Assembly: GCF_006345805.1 (NCBI RefSeq)
Contig: NC_043012.1
Location: 26,040,001 to 26,104,000 of the forward strand
Source: Octopus sinensis
Taxonomy: Eukaryota
Reading direction: 5' to 3'
DNA length: 64,000 nt
Both the position numbers and the translations under genes were made by a program. Below the pieces are notes generated by a model. The model did not search any database. It was not told where the DNA came from and saw only the letters and a list, made by a program, of their open reading frames with translations. Below are positions 1 to 14,354 of the stretch, one piece after another. Each line of letters begins with the position of its first letter. Position 1 is the first letter of the stretch.

Positions 1-618
1 TTTTTTTAGTTGTAATAAAATCATTAAAAGTTGAATCATCAAAAATAGTGGCCAGAATATTTTTCCTGATTAAATCTTATTATTAAACCGAAATCTTTCC
101 GTTAATGTCTTCCTGGATGTTACTATTCGTTCCACTATTCTACTATTCCATTGTAGTATTAGCTAATTTCTTAATTATATATTTTTTTCCTTATTTGATT
201 TTGCCCCGTGTTCTCTCTTTATAGCTATCGTCTGCTTCCTTCCATTTTTCTTTTTCTTCGCTTACACTTTTTCTTTCGTTGTTTGTTTTTACTTAATACA
301 TTAAAAAATAATAATTTTTGCCGTCGTTGCTTCTTTATGTATTTATCTATTTAGTTTAAGTTAGTTAATTGTCCCGTCAAAACTAAAAATGCGAAAAACA
401 AAAAGATGTTATATTCGTATGTGGCCATTTTGTTCTTCGTTCTTTTCGTCTTCATCGTTTACTTCATCTAATCTACCAATAAATCTCTTCGTAATGATTC
501 CTTTTGCTTGTTTTCTTTATTTTGTCATTTAATTATTTCAATTTTATTTTTAGCTTTATATTTGATATTAATTATTTGTTTCCGAGTTGTTTCTCTTTTT
601 AGTGGATCATTGAGTGAC

Positions 619-619
619 G

Positions 620-681
<62 letters not shown>

Positions 682-682
682 T
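619..682. repeat. (AAT)n microsatellite
   Basis: Direct trinucleotide run; it explains the poly-N/poly-I of ORF 508..705. Confidence 0.95.
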
Positions 683-1718
683 TTCATTTCCTATTTTCGT
701 TTTAAATACTTTTTTTCTTTTTTTTAAGCATTCTTCATCTGTGTCCCCTCCTTCTACTTTAAGTTACTTCACAAAAAAAAATGTAATAGTATCGTAAGTT
801 GAACAATGCCCAAACACATAAAACTATAGGGTGCGTAGAAGGAGAGAAAGCAGGCGTTTATGATATGGCGAATGTAAAAATAGCACGAAATCCTATTTAC
901 TGTGTAATACAATATTGTGTGTATAAAACGATATGTGTATTTCTGTGCAAACACATGTGTTCCCATTTGTATGTGTGTAAGCCTGCGTATACAGATGTTT
1001 GCGGTTTATACTCATACATATTCAAACACGTACCCACACACAAACCTCAGTGCATATATATATATACTCACACACATAGGAGTATAGTCGTTATTTAATA
1101 TCGATTAGGACCTATTAGCAAGTTCTAAACTTTCCATAGTTGTTTTGTTTTTAAGTCTATATAATCACCTTCAGTTATATAGACACCTATGCTGCTAAAC
1201 TTCTGTGGGCAGAATGTGGAGTTTGATTAGAGGTTTTCACGGCCACCGGATGATAATCATTTAGCCTGATATTCAGGCTAAGGTAGAAGTTTTAAATTTG
1301 GCTACTTTTGCTCATGGACTAGATAGAAAACCCGGTCAGTAAATCGAACCCGTGACTTTATGATGATAAAGCCAACACTTTTACCACAGAGCCATGCCAC
1401 TTCACACAACCAGTCATACAAATAAATGTACACACATATGTATACGTACTAATGTGTGCATGCATATGTGCATGTATGTACGTGAGTTTCTGTCACGTTG
1501 TTTTAATAGCTATTTGTTGTATTTAATATAATGTTCTCGGCAGCTTCTGTATTATATGATTAAAATACTTAATGTATTTTGTAAAACTTAAAACATCTGA
1601 AGTTCTGACCGTGCTGAGAAAATTCTATCAATAAAAGTAATGAGTTAAAGGAGGAAGACGTATGTTAGCGATATCTGGAGAGAGGGAAGGTAGGAAACAG
1701 AGGAAAGATAGATTGTGA

Positions 1719-1721
<3 letters not shown>

Positions 1722-1775
<54 letters not shown>
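1722..1775. repeat. (GA)n microsatellite within a purine-rich block (~1660-2420)
   Basis: Direct repeat seen in sequence. Confidence 0.95.
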
Positions 1776-1783
<8 letters not shown>

Positions 1784-3039
1784 TAAGAGCAAGAGACTGA
1801 GAGTGAATACAGAGAAAGTAAAGTCTTGAAGTAGATAAACACGTTTTAGAGAAAATGTGAGAGAGGGGACATAGAAGCTGGTGAAAAGATTGAATGAGAG
1901 AAGATAGGACAAAAGTGGTGTTAGCCGGAATAGATAGAAAGGAGATAGAGAGAAAATAGTGAGAAATAAAAGGGAAGAGAAGATACAAGTGGGGCTTCAG
2001 AGAAAGAGAGAGAGAGAGGGGTGGAGGAAGATTGAGGAAACATAAATAGAATAAAGAGAAAAAGAGAGAGGGGTAGAGAATTAAGAGTGAAAGTGGAGTT
2101 TCAGAAAGGGGGAGATAAAGAGAAATCGGAGAGGATGTAGTAAAAACGATAGAAAATGGAATAATTGAGAGAGGGGTATGAGAGAGAAGAGGATATCAGT
2201 AATGCATATTGTGAGTCTCAGAGAGGGAGAGAGCGTAAGTAAGCGTGAGAGATAAGAGAAAGGTTTTGGGGAAATTTTGTGAAGATAATAAGCAATGAAA
2301 CATTAATATGAACTTTTAATGTTAAACAGAACATCAAAAAATGGGAAAAAGTAAAATTAATAGATGAATAAGAAAAACGGTAAGGGAGACATAAAACCCG
2401 AGAGAGAGGAAGTTAGGAGACTAAAAATATACTGGTAGGGGCAGCTAACAATACAAACAATAGTGTCTAGTATCTGAAGAAGGACACCGTGATTCGAGGT
2501 GATGAGGCTGGTTATTCGTTTAGAGAAAAACGGTAAGAAGAAAGTACTGGGAGTGTTTTAGTCAAGATACAGACTGATATACATAAATCTTACATGCGAA
2601 GGATGGGGTCTGTTATAAATAGAAGACTGCGACAAAATAATTATAGAAGGATTAGAACATACTAAAAAGCAAGTGAATCGGGAAAATATCTTTTCTTTCC
2701 TTATAGAAACGTTAAAGGTCGAACAGGAAAATAACTAAGAGGAAAGAACAAAATTCGATCAGGAAAAAACAAGAGAGAAAGTTTAAGAAACAAAAGGAAG
2801 TATATACAACGTAATACTTTTGTATACTGGAAATAAATATTGGTAAGAACGACAACACCATGACCAATATCTTGAATGGTAGTGTTCATTAATACTTCAG
2901 AAGCTCAATGATAAAAGTAGAAACAGATTATCTAAGACTATCACCACAAACTAATCACTAATAATAAGCGAGTACAAAAATAATGTGATGGAAAAAGACG
3001 ACTATATAAAGTGGAACCAGTATAATGTTAGAGACTGCC

Positions 3040-3205
3040 AAAGCGGTGCGCTGGCAGAATCGTTAGCAGGTCGAGCAAAATTCTTGGTAGCATTTCGTCC
3101 GTCTTTACGAGTGGAGTTCAAATTCCACCGAAGTCGACTTTGCCCTTCGTTCTTTCGAAATCGATGAAATAAGGGCCATTTGATCACTGGGATCAAATTA
3201 ATCGA
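3040..3205 (+). mobile_element. tRNA-derived SINE, family B, degenerate
   Basis: ggtgcgctggcagaatcgttagc...gagttcaaattccaccgaagtcgactttgcc aligns with the near-consensus copy at 56965-57199. Confidence 0.8.
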
Positions 3206-3756
3206 TTTACGCTTTCCCTGAACCTGTTGACCTTGGGTACACAGCCAAAGTCTTGCCGTAGTCGGGTACGTATTTCGTAATCACAGAGCCATGAATAGCC
3301 TAAAACCAAGAAGATAAAATTGACATGAACGAAATTTGAAATTAGAACACACATTATAAAAAGTCTGGTTTTGCTAACAATTCTGTCTACATGACATCTA
3401 CTAACTTATATAGCTCAGAATCGGTAAGTAATTGCAAATATTTAAGATAAAAATACGATATAATGAGGGTTGATTTGTGCTAAAATGTTCTGCAATAACA
3501 AAGTACAACCAAGGAATTAAGACAAAAACTAACATCTGAAACTTTCAATTAGACATAAAACAAATAGATTATATGTGAGCATGTGTGAGTAAGAGTGTGT
3601 GTGTGTGTATGTGTATGTACGTGTGCATGTGGGATTGTGTATAGACTGATATATGTATATATGAATATGTGTATAGGTGTACATATGTGTGCGTGTTTGT
3701 CTGTGCGTTCGTGTATGTGTTTGTTCGTGTGTATGCATGTACATGCATACACACGA

Positions 3757-3801
<45 letters not shown>

Positions 3802-3929
3802 GCTTGTCCGTAGCATTGTATAAAACCATACGAACAAGCACTCGACGGAACAACACACTGTCTAATCTATATGCATACATAAACACTTATATATGCACAC
3901 AATTATATGTATGTGTGTGTGCGTGAATG

Positions 3930-3961
<32 letters not shown>

Positions 3962-4529
3962 TATACATATCTCTATGTATGTATATATATATACATATAC
4001 ATATCTCTATGTATGTATATATATATACGTATACATATCTCTATGTATGTATATGTATATACTCATACATGAACGCAAGCAACAACATTCACATAACAAC
4101 GCACATACCTTTAGACGGACATGAATACACAAACATATAATGCATAGACGAAACGTAAATATATACACAATCAATTTTGAACATATCTGCATATAACCAC
4201 ATACGTATGCACATACGATAGCGCAAGTATTTATTCGAAAGTTAAACCATAATCCCCTAGTGACAAAGAAGCAACTAATTGATTGTATTTATCAATATTC
4301 GATCGATTACACCATGCAACAAACACTGTTACCGAGATGTTTGAAGGTGTTTCTTAGTAATTTCGCTACGCTGGTTTCAAAGATGTTGACTTCATTTATC
4401 TTTAACGTCTAGACGTTCCGTAATCCTTTCCATGTAAGTTTTGTTTATTTTGGCCTAAAATACAGGAAAAAAAAAACTGGGCTTGTATACATTAAATTTC
4501 AAAACAATATAGTTATGTAAATTGCAACG

Positions 4530-4885
<356 letters not shown>

Positions 4886-4952
4886 TTGTGAAGCTGAGAT
4901 AATGTGATGCAATGTGACGATGTTTGGGTTTTACCCACTGTATTCATTATGT

Positions 4953-5270
4953 GTAGGCGCAGTGGTGGCTGTGTGGTAAGAAACCTTCTTCCCAGCCACA
5001 CGGTTCCGCGTTCAGTCACAATACGTTGCATTTTGTGCAACAGCCCGATACACTAGCCGTGGGTCGACCTTTTAGTAGACGGAAATTGAGAGAAAATGTC
5101 CGACGTATATATACATGAGTGTGTGAGTGTTTGTGTCCCACAACCGCTTGACTTACCAGTCCTATAAAGTAAATATTGGGCTCGATATTTTCGACTAAAG
5201 ATTCTCCAAGTTGGTGCCTCAGCTTGGCCTCAGTCTACTGACTGTAATAAGTAACAGACAAAAGACTGAT
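4953..5270 (+). mobile_element. SINE family A, highly diverged copy
   Basis: Same module order (head, gtagacggaaa, microsatellite, cgactaaag...gactg tail) at low identity. Confidence 0.7.
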
Positions 5271-5525
5271 ATTTTCAATTTCTCGTCTCACTGGAGATAC
5301 GAAAGTGAAAATTTACCTCCAAGATATAGTTTGGCTGTAAAATAGCAGATTAAGAGACGCTTTGGGCACCACAGTTATGTTGTTCGGAATATAATGGAAC
5401 AAGGTAAGACTACTTGATGTTTAGCTTTGGGCCTAAGAATTTTTACGATATCTGCTATATCATTATAAACGCAAAGTATCGAAAACGGTGAAGAACACAA
5501 AAATTGGTAAAAATTCTTAAGAACG

Positions 5526-5938
5526 AGGCGCAGGCGGGGCTGTGTGGTAAGAAGCTTGCTTACCAACAACATGTTTCCGGTTTCCGTCCCACTGCGTGGC
5601 ACCTTGGGCAAGTGTCTTCTACTTTAGCCTCGGGCCGACCAAAGCCATGTAGGTGAATTTGGTAGACGGAAACTGAAAGAAGCCCGTCGTATATATGTAT
5701 TTATATGTGCGTGTGTGTTTGTTATCTGTGCTTGTCCCCCTAGCATTGTTTGAGAACCGATGCTGGTGTGTTTATGCCTCCACCACTCAACGGTTCGGCA
5801 AAAGAATCCGATAGAATAAGTACTGGGCTTACAAAGAATAAGTCCCGGGGTCGATTTGCTCGACTAAAGATGGTGCTCCAGCATTGCCGCTTTCAAATGA
5901 CTGAAACAAGTAAAAGAGTAAAATAGTAAAGAGTAAGT
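5526..5938 (+). mobile_element. SINE family A, full length
   Basis: Complete head, body, internal microsatellite and tail ending in (aagtaaaagag)-type repeats. Confidence 0.92.
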
Positions 5939-6207
5939 ACGTAAAGAAATTTCTAACATATGATACAACAGCCAAGACTGTAAGGTATAAAGGGTGATTA
6001 ATATGGATTTCATAATATGAACCTGCTCTGAACCGCGTAAAATTCCAAGAAGAATACAGCAACAATATTATGGTACTAACCACTTTAAAGAAAACAATGA
6101 AGTCCAGTAATAACATCATGTACATGACATACACGGTTGGTTAGGTGTATGGACGACGACTTCCAGTGAAGAATTACTGCCTGTGTTAAGCCTTAAGAAA
6201 GGAATTT

Positions 6208-6447
6208 CAGTAATCCCTCAACTATCGAGTGTGTTACGTTCCACCCCAACTCCCACCAGAAATGATTAAAATATAAAAAAAAATATAAATATATATCGGC
6301 CATTAAAACCCGGATATACCGAGGAATCCACGATATAAATTTACATATATAAGCCAGAAATATCCGCGTTGTACTAAGTGCACAGTAGGTGAACCGCAAT
6401 ATACTGAGTGCGCGACAGGTGAACCGCGAAGTGGCGAGAGATTACTG
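6208..6447. mobile_element. Tigger/pogo-like MITE (~240 bp)
   Basis: Imperfect TIRs cagtaatccctc... / ...gagagattactg followed by TA; the subterminal gaaccgc motif is repeated. Confidence 0.65.
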
Positions 6448-7089
6448 TATTAGTATTTTATGAAGCCATTCGAGATACGAAGCGTAAAAACGAATTCTTT
6501 AATGTGTTTTGTGAAGTTCTGAGTGGACATCCTCCTTTCGTCTTTTTACTTATTCATATACGATTTATTTCTCTGTTGTAGGCAATCTCTGACATTATCA
6601 AATATTTCTTCAAGGTATTTGGACTATAACTGACTGCGATGTGACCCCTACTAAATAAAATGCCTTCTTAACTGACAACTGTTTTGGTTTATATGGCTTG
6701 CGATGTCAGGCTCTACGTTCCCTGTAAAACTATACGTTTTATATATTAACCACAAGATGTCCTCAAATAGCGTTCCGGGTTGAGTTCTTGCAGAAGCACC
6801 GTTAAATAAGTGACACGATCTCGCTATTCATTCGCTAGAGAGTAATAGAAAAATTACTGTCTAGGTTCCGCTACGTATAAGTGATTGCGGATACCAGTCT
6901 CATCATACTTTGGTAATGATGTTGATAAGATGAGAAAAATCAAAGACCAAACAAAGAGAAAACTCATAGAAAATATGCAATCGGATATTTGTTTACGATA
7001 TCTCTTTTGTGCGGATTTTCTTTTCCATAAACCTTGTTCCATTATTATACAGTATTAAGCAGACTGAAATCGTTAAATATTACATCAAG

Positions 7090-7350
7090 AAGAAGGAGCG
7101 CTCTGAGGGTTCCAGCAGAAACGATCAACGGATCAGCTTGATCGTGAAATTAACGTGCTGAGTACTCCGCAGACATGTGTACCCCTAAGGTAGTTGTCAG
7201 GGAGGTTCAACGTGACACAGAGTGTGACAATGCTGGCCATTCGAAATACAGGTATTACTAATTTCTGTCAGTTGAGTGAACTAGAGAAACGTGAAATAAA
7301 GTGTCTTGCTCAGGGACACAGCACGTCGCCAAGAATTGAAATCACGACCT
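7090..7350 (-). mobile_element. tRNA-derived SINE, core2 plus tail T1, degenerate
   Basis: gtgaaataaagtgtcttgctca core joined to the tail also present at 27215-27410 (gtgaaattaacgtg...aaatacaggta). Confidence 0.75.
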
Positions 7351-7790
7351 TACGCCTTCACTGTTACACCATGATATTTAAAATATATACGCATTAGTTT
7401 TGCTCGTGTCGAAATGTTTTGTATTCTTACACACCCACACACAAACACACACATGCATACATGGGGACACACAGACAAACTTAGCATACCAATTAGCTGT
7501 TTGCAACTACTGATGGTTGTGTTATCCGTGTCTTCCCCCAAATACTTATGTTGTACTGGATGTGTATATAAATATGATTGCCTTTTAACATTTCATGTGA
7601 CTTATGCTGACTATAATGATACTTTTTTGGTTATTTTACTTATTTATTTAATTTTCTTTTTCTTTTACACCTAAAACGCATTATGTATGCAAACATCCTT
7701 CAACCAGAGCAAATACATACGTATGTAAGCTTACTAACACATCTATTAATGCATGCAGGTATACATACTCAAACACACACACACACACAC

Positions 7791-7821
<31 letters not shown>

Positions 7822-7890
7822 GTATAAATACATGTGCATAGATATACATATGTATACTTAAATGAAAAAATATATATACATATATATATT

Positions 7891-7945
<55 letters not shown>

Positions 7946-8303
7946 GAGAACTATACATATTCATATAAGTGCATACAAACACACACACTGGCACACTGGC
8001 AGACACACATGCCTTTTCAATCCTACGCACAAACACACATACACAACCTTTTATTTTTATGCGCGCATGTATTAGCAGCTCTCACAAGTTACGTATGTTT
8101 TTATCAGATCATATGGAAAAATATGTCTAATTATGTGTGTGTATATATGTGTGTATATGTGCGTATTTGTCTGTGTGTGGGCTCGCTTGTGAATTTGGAT
8201 TGCATGTGTTAATGCGCGTATGCACCTGCGTATCAACGTATGTATGTGTTTTTAATATGTTTTGTAATTATTCTACAAATCTCTGAAGTGGTTTCCAAGT
8301 CAC

Positions 8304-8335
<32 letters not shown>

Positions 8336-9149
8336 TACACACACACACACATACATAATCACAAACACTCTCACTCATACACAGATTCACTCACGCACAC
8401 ACGTGTCCGTTTTATTTTCAGAGGCCAAAACTCGTCATTAGCGGCCATTGATAAAGATTGACATAAGCTTATTTCAAGATAAAAATGTGTGGAGTGTTTA
8501 GGATTTAAAGAAGAAACACATCGTTCTTCTTTCTTTCTTTCTTGCGTGTTCATCTTATTTATTTCTTGATTGACTTTTATATTTTCTCATTTTAATTTCA
8601 TTTTCATTTTAGGTTTTAAGGTGGTGATGGGCGCTTGTCTGTCTTTTAATCTCTCCTTTTGAATTCTTTGACAGAATACCGCCTTCTATAACATCCCTCC
8701 TTTATCCTACCTACCTACCTAGCGAGTTACAACTACCACCAATGCTATCGTCAACACCAACACTACCTCTACCAGCTCTAACCTCCCACTGCACCCTACC
8801 AATAATAAATATATGAGAGACCAATCAATATTTTCTCTACCTTTTCTGTATTTATGTTTTGCATAGATTTATGATAAATCCACAAAATAAAGTCAAATAA
8901 AATAAAACATTAAAAAAATAGTAATCTTTTTCACAAGAATCAGCAAACCTTCGCACTCAACCTCTTTAAAGATATCAGCAACGCGTAAACGAGGGAAGTC
9001 TCTAAGCGGTCGATCGTTTTGCTAGATATATTAGCCATTTTTTCCTGTTTCAAATATTATTGTACTGAACTTACAAAATGGTGGACATGTTTAGCTAAAA
9101 TAGGTCACTGGTGTTGTTTGTATGACAGATATGTTAGCATGACTTATCC

Positions 9150-9245
9150 TCGACAGCGGCTGACCGTCAGATGTGGTCTCTTTTCGTAAGGCACGTGATG
9201 AAATCGTTGGTCGAAGCCGGCTCAACCTCACCCGGGTAAATACTG
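9150..9245 (+). mobile_element. possible RTE-like LINE C-terminal remnant
   Basis: Translates to TAADRQMWSLFVRHVMKSLVEAGSTSPG*, resembling the A-x-DR-x-x-W motif at RTE ORF ends. Confidence 0.35.
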
Positions 9246-9509
9246 CCGCAAGTACCAGCAAGAAAACGACCTATTGTGGGTACATACAGTAAAATTTCAA
9301 AGCCAAATAAACAAAACTGGGTTTACAATACCATATGAATTATATTATGGGGCTATATGAATTATGTTATGTGGCTTTATGAATTTTAAAACGAAAATTG
9401 TGTGTATCTATGTTATACTCCATTAAAGGGGTTATTGAATAAGCTAATTTTTGGCACTCTGTGCGAAACTGGTAAACTAACATGGAATAGTGGATTGACC
9501 AAATGGTGT

Positions 9510-9700
9510 GCTTGAATTTTATTTCTTGTATTCTTTTGTTTCAGTCATTTGACTCCAGTCATGCTGGAGTACCGGCTTGAAGGGTTTTAGTAGAACGAAC
9601 GGGCCCCAAGATTGCGGGGACGTAAACATACCAACATCTGTTATCATGCGGTGATGGGGCAACAAAAACACAGATATATAGATATATACATTTGGTTTAT
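9510..9700 (-). mobile_element. SINE family A, 3' half
   Basis: tgtttcagtcatttgact...catgctggag matches the reverse complement of the family A tail. Confidence 0.75.
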
Positions 9701-9838
9701 TTCGTTTATTTGATACACTTAATGCTGTTGCATCAAACATTTCGAGGTATTCAATAACGCTTTTGGTGGACTAGAATAATGTTTCCAATATATGACTGTG
9801 CTCGTATGTGTGCCTATTTGTGCGTCCGTATGTGTATT

Positions 9839-10059
9839 GCATCCATCCATCCATCCATCCATCCACCCATCCATCCATCCATCCATCCATCCATCCATCC
9901 ATCCATCCATACATACATACATACATACATACATACATACATACATACATGCATACATACATTTTACATTCACAGAGACAGACTTATATATATATATATA
10001 CATTTGTATATTTATGTATAATTGTAGTAGTAGTAGTAGTAGTAGTAGTAGTAATAGTT

Positions 10060-10090
<31 letters not shown>

Positions 10091-10184
10091 TAGTGGTAGT
10101 TGCAGCAGCAGTAGTAGTAGTAGTAGTAGTAGTAGTCATAGCAGCAGCAGCAGTAGTAGTAGTAGTAGTAGTAGCAGCAGCAGC

Positions 10185-10215
<31 letters not shown>

Positions 10216-10312
10216 CTAGTAGTAATCGTAGCAGCAGCAGCAGTAGTAGTAGTAGTAGTAGTCGTAGCAGCAGCCGTAGTAGTAGTAGTATTAGTTGTAG
10301 TAGTAGTAGTGT

Positions 10313-10350
<38 letters not shown>

Positions 10351-10385
10351 TAGTAGTAGTAGCAGCAGCAGCAGCAGCAGCGGTA
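9839..10385. repeat. compound microsatellite (CCAT)n-(ACAT)n-(AT)n-(GTA/GCA)n
   Basis: Direct repeats; source of the 168-218 aa low-complexity ORFs. Confidence 0.95.
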
Positions 10386-10505
10386 GATATTTAAACGTTT
10401 ATGTCGAATATGTAAGACAAAGGATGTTTCGAGAATGAAAAAATGCGACGGAGTAAAAGGATATAGAGAGAAAAGTGTAAAAAAAGGAAAGAAAGAAAGA
10501 AAGAC

Positions 10506-10552
<47 letters not shown>

Positions 10553-11894
10553 CGGAAAGAAAGAAAGATGGAAAGAAAGAAAGAAATACGGAGAGAAGGA
10601 AGGAAATGACGGACATAAATATAAGGAAAGGCGAACGCAAGCGGTAAGAGGTAAGGTGGAAGGAGTTTGAACTTATTAGAGATTATACTAGAATTATATG
10701 AAGCATAAATATGATAATACTTTGTGAAATATGGCAGAGAACTATAACAGTTATCGGAATGGTATAATAATTGCCTTCTGTGGTCCTTTCTGATTTCTAG
10801 AAGAAATCTCCATATTTTAACAACGTCCTCCTCTCTGTTAAACCATGGTTTCCTTTGAAAGGTTTCGTCACGTGAGCAACGAATTTCGAGGATATTAAAA
10901 CAATACAATGACATTTGAATGAATCAGTTTAGGAAGAAGAGAGAAAATGGGTTGTTGTAATTGTTGGTGATGTTGTTGTTGTTGCTGTTAAGATTATATG
11001 CAGCCGAGATGAAGCGATAGTTGTCATTCGATTCGCTGTGGATCCACAATTCGTTCTTATATTTATCTTTGTGTGTATTTCGGGTTAATGCCGCGTTTGT
11101 CGTAATTTGAGAGTGATTTAGCTGCTATATATAGCATATGGACAACGGTGAAGTCATCCTGTTCTCTCCAACAATATTTTAGTGCGCTATCGCATATGTT
11201 GTTTAGTTTTTAAAATTTCAGTGTAATTTGAAGGATGTATCCATATCTAGCGGAGAGATGGGTCATCTGGAAATTTTTTCGTAGTCCCAAAATAGAATAC
11301 AGATATGAGTGCACAGTTACGTGTATCGTTCGCGCTTTAAGATGCTTGAATATAATATTGAACAGTATTCACCTACTATATCTAGCAAGTCGATGAATCA
11401 CATAGATGTTTATTTGTAGTCCTGTAATGGAAGAGATGAGAGCATTATTATAAGTGTGACTTATATACTAAGAGAGTTAAGTTGAATGTTGAGGAGGTTT
11501 CGCCTGCTGTATCTTTCAATTCAATTAATCATGTAAATGTTACCGTGCTAGTTAGGATGATAGAATTCAGTGCAATTGGTACGTGTGTCGTTCATACTTT
11601 AAAAAGTCTAAGTGAAATTTTGACGAGTTATGTCTGCTATATCTAACAAGTCGATCGGCAATTGTTGAAGGTCTTATCATGGTTCGAAGATCGAACACAC
11701 ATGCCAAATAGTGTCCTGGATTCAATAATATTTGGTAGCTACGTCAGTTTTGTGTCGATGGACAGAAACATGTATAGTAGAATTCGCCATATTTTCTTAC
11801 AGTGTCTTGTGACTGTTTCCACATTATGACAATGTTACTTTGCTCATGCATACTTGCCGTTGCTCTAGCGTTTGGTGTTTTTGCTGTTGTTTGT

Positions 11895-12120
11895 TTACTC
11901 TTTTTTTTTTACTTGTTTCAGTCATTTGACTGCGGCCATGCTGGAGCACCGCCTTTAGTCGACCAAATCGACCCCGGGACTTATTCTTTGTAAGCCCAGT
12001 ACTTATTCTATCGGTCTCTTTTGCCGAACCGCTAAGTGACAGGGACGTAAACACACCAGCATCGGTTGTCAAACAATGCTAGAGAGACAAACACAGACAA
12101 ACATATACACACACACACAC

Positions 12121-12168
<48 letters not shown>

Positions 12169-12348
12169 ATATATACATATATACGAAAGGCTTCTTTCAG
12201 TTTCCGTCTACCAAATCCACTCACAAGGCTTTGGTCGGCCCGAGGCTATAGCAGAAGACATTTGCCCAAGATGTCACGCAGTGCGACTGAACCCGGAACC
12301 ATGTGGTTGGTTAGCAAGCTACTTACCACACAGCCCCTCCTGCGCCTA
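11895..12348 (-). mobile_element. SINE family A, full length
   Basis: Reverse complement of the full family A module order; ends at ...cctcctgcgccta. Confidence 0.92.
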
Positions 12349-12414
12349 TGTTTGTTTACTTTTATTATTGTTGTTGCTGTTGCTACCGATATTCATCTTG
12401 TGTTCGACATCGCT

Positions 12415-12620
12415 GTTCTGGAAAAACCGGAAGCACACCGCGCAAGATGCATAGCGGCATTTCGTTTGCCATTATGTTTGGTATTCAAATCCCGCTGAGG
12501 TCGACCTTGCCCTTCGTCCCTTAGATGGTCCATAAAATAAATACCAAGTGAGCACAGGTATCGACGTATTTGACTTACCCCCAACCTCGAAAGCCTTGTC
12601 CTTGTCCCAAAATTTGAAAC
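12415..12620 (+). mobile_element. SINE family B, degenerate
   Basis: gcggcatttcg...ttcaaatcccgctgaggtcgaccttgcc...ttgtcccaaaatttgaaac resembles family B. Confidence 0.7.
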
Positions 12621-12622
12621 TA

Positions 12623-13037
12623 TAGGCGCAGGAGTGGCTGTGTGGTAAGTAGCTTGCTTGCCAACCACATGGTTCCGGGTTCAGTCCCACTGCGTGACAT
12701 CTTGAGCAAGTGTCTTCTGCTATAGCCTCGGGCCGACCAAAGCCTTGTGAGTGGATTTGGTAGACGGAAACTGAAAGAAGCCTGTCGTATATATGTATAT
12801 ATATATGTGTGTGTATGTTTGTGTGTGTCTGTGTTTGTCCCCGTAGCATTGCTTGACAACCGATGCTGGTGTGTTTATGTCCCCGTTACTTAGCGGTTCG
12901 GCAAAAGAGACCGATAGAATAAGTACTGGGCTTACAAGGAATAAGTCCCGGGGTCGATTTGCTCGACAAAAGGCGGTGCTCCAGCATGGCCGCAGTCAAC
13001 TGACTGAAACAAGTAAAAGAGTAAAAGAGTAAGAGTA
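12623..13037 (+). mobile_element. SINE family A, full length, near consensus
   Basis: Intact head, body and tail with gtaaaagagtaaaagagtaagag end. Confidence 0.93.
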
Positions 13038-14315
13038 TTAGATTTATTATCCTCCATATTATTTTATGGATGTTGTTGCTGTTGTTGGTGACGCGGCTGT
13101 TGTATATTTGTCATTGTTTTCTATTTAGCTGTTTTTACATTATCAGATTTGTTGCCGACTTTGTTATTGTTCTCGTTATTTTTATTGTTCTTGCTCTTGT
13201 TGTTATCGATATTTCTGGTGCAATTACTGTTGTTGTGTTCGTCGTTGTTGTTGCTGCTGTTCTTGTCGTTGTCTATCTTTTGGTTGCTGTTGTTAAGGTA
13301 GTGGTTGACAAAGTTAGACGATAAAGGGTGTACGAGCGAGAAGGCAGAGTATTGTGGTTTGTACGAAACTGTGTGAAATGAGAGAGAGAGAGAAGGAGAG
13401 GGGTCTACGATGATTGACGGAGACGGAACGTATAGATGATTGATTTGGCATAGAATTTGGAGAAAAGGTACGCAGAGAGAGAGAGAGAGTGAGGAAAAGA
13501 GAATGAGACAGAGGTAATGAGAGAGAAGAGAAGGGGAGCGAAGGAAGAGGGAGTGAGGGTGAAACGAGCAAAGAGCAACAAGGAAGCTAAATGGAAAGTA
13601 GTGACAGAATATGCAAGGACAAAAAGCGGAGTGAGAGGGAAAAAATGCAGGAATGAGTGAGTGAATGAATGAAGAAATGAATGAATGAATGAAGGAAGGA
13701 AGGACAAAATAAAGAAAGAAAAAATGGAAAATTAAAGAGTGCAAGAAGGAGGGAACGAACACGAGAAGGAAAGAAACAATAAGTGAAAAAGAAAGAGTAA
13801 AGACAAAAGAAAAAAAAGAATGAATAAAATAAAAGAAGTGAAGAAAGGATTGAAGCAATGATTGAGCGAACGAATGAACGAATAACAGGAAAAAAGAAAC
13901 AAAAGAAAGAAGAAAAGGTGAAGAAAAAGAAGTGATGAATGAATGGCAAAAGAATGAATGACAAAAAACATAGAACCTGGGAAAGCAAGAAAAAGGAAAA
14001 GAAAGGAAAGAAAGCATGCAAGAAAGCAAGCAAGCAAGCAAGCAAGAAAGAAAGAAAGGAAAAAAGAAAGAAAAAAAGAAAGAAAGAAAGAAAGGAACTG
14101 AAAGAAGGAAAAAAGAGAAAGAAAACAAAAAGGAAAGGAAACAGGTGCAGGCGTGGCCATTTTGAGGAGGAGGTGTAGCAGTGGGGTAAGAAGCTTACTT
14201 TTCAACCACATGGTCCTGATTTCAGTACCACTTCGAGACACTTGGGCAGATGTCATCTATTACAGCTTGGGGCCAATTAAAGCGAAAGATGCTCATTGTA
14301 TATATATTCATATAC

Positions 14316-14354
<39 letters not shown>

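Noticed and set aside
2400-2960. Possible decayed LINE or Penelope coding sequence on the - strand
   Set aside because: Only vague resemblance and no diagnostic motif; it would need a translated profile search.
4413-4433. 21-nt exon-like segment (TFRNPFH) with a gtaagt donor
   Set aside because: It lies in sequence resembling a DNA-transposon subterminal motif (gctggtttcaaa.atg, compare ~18255-18275), and there is no independent support.
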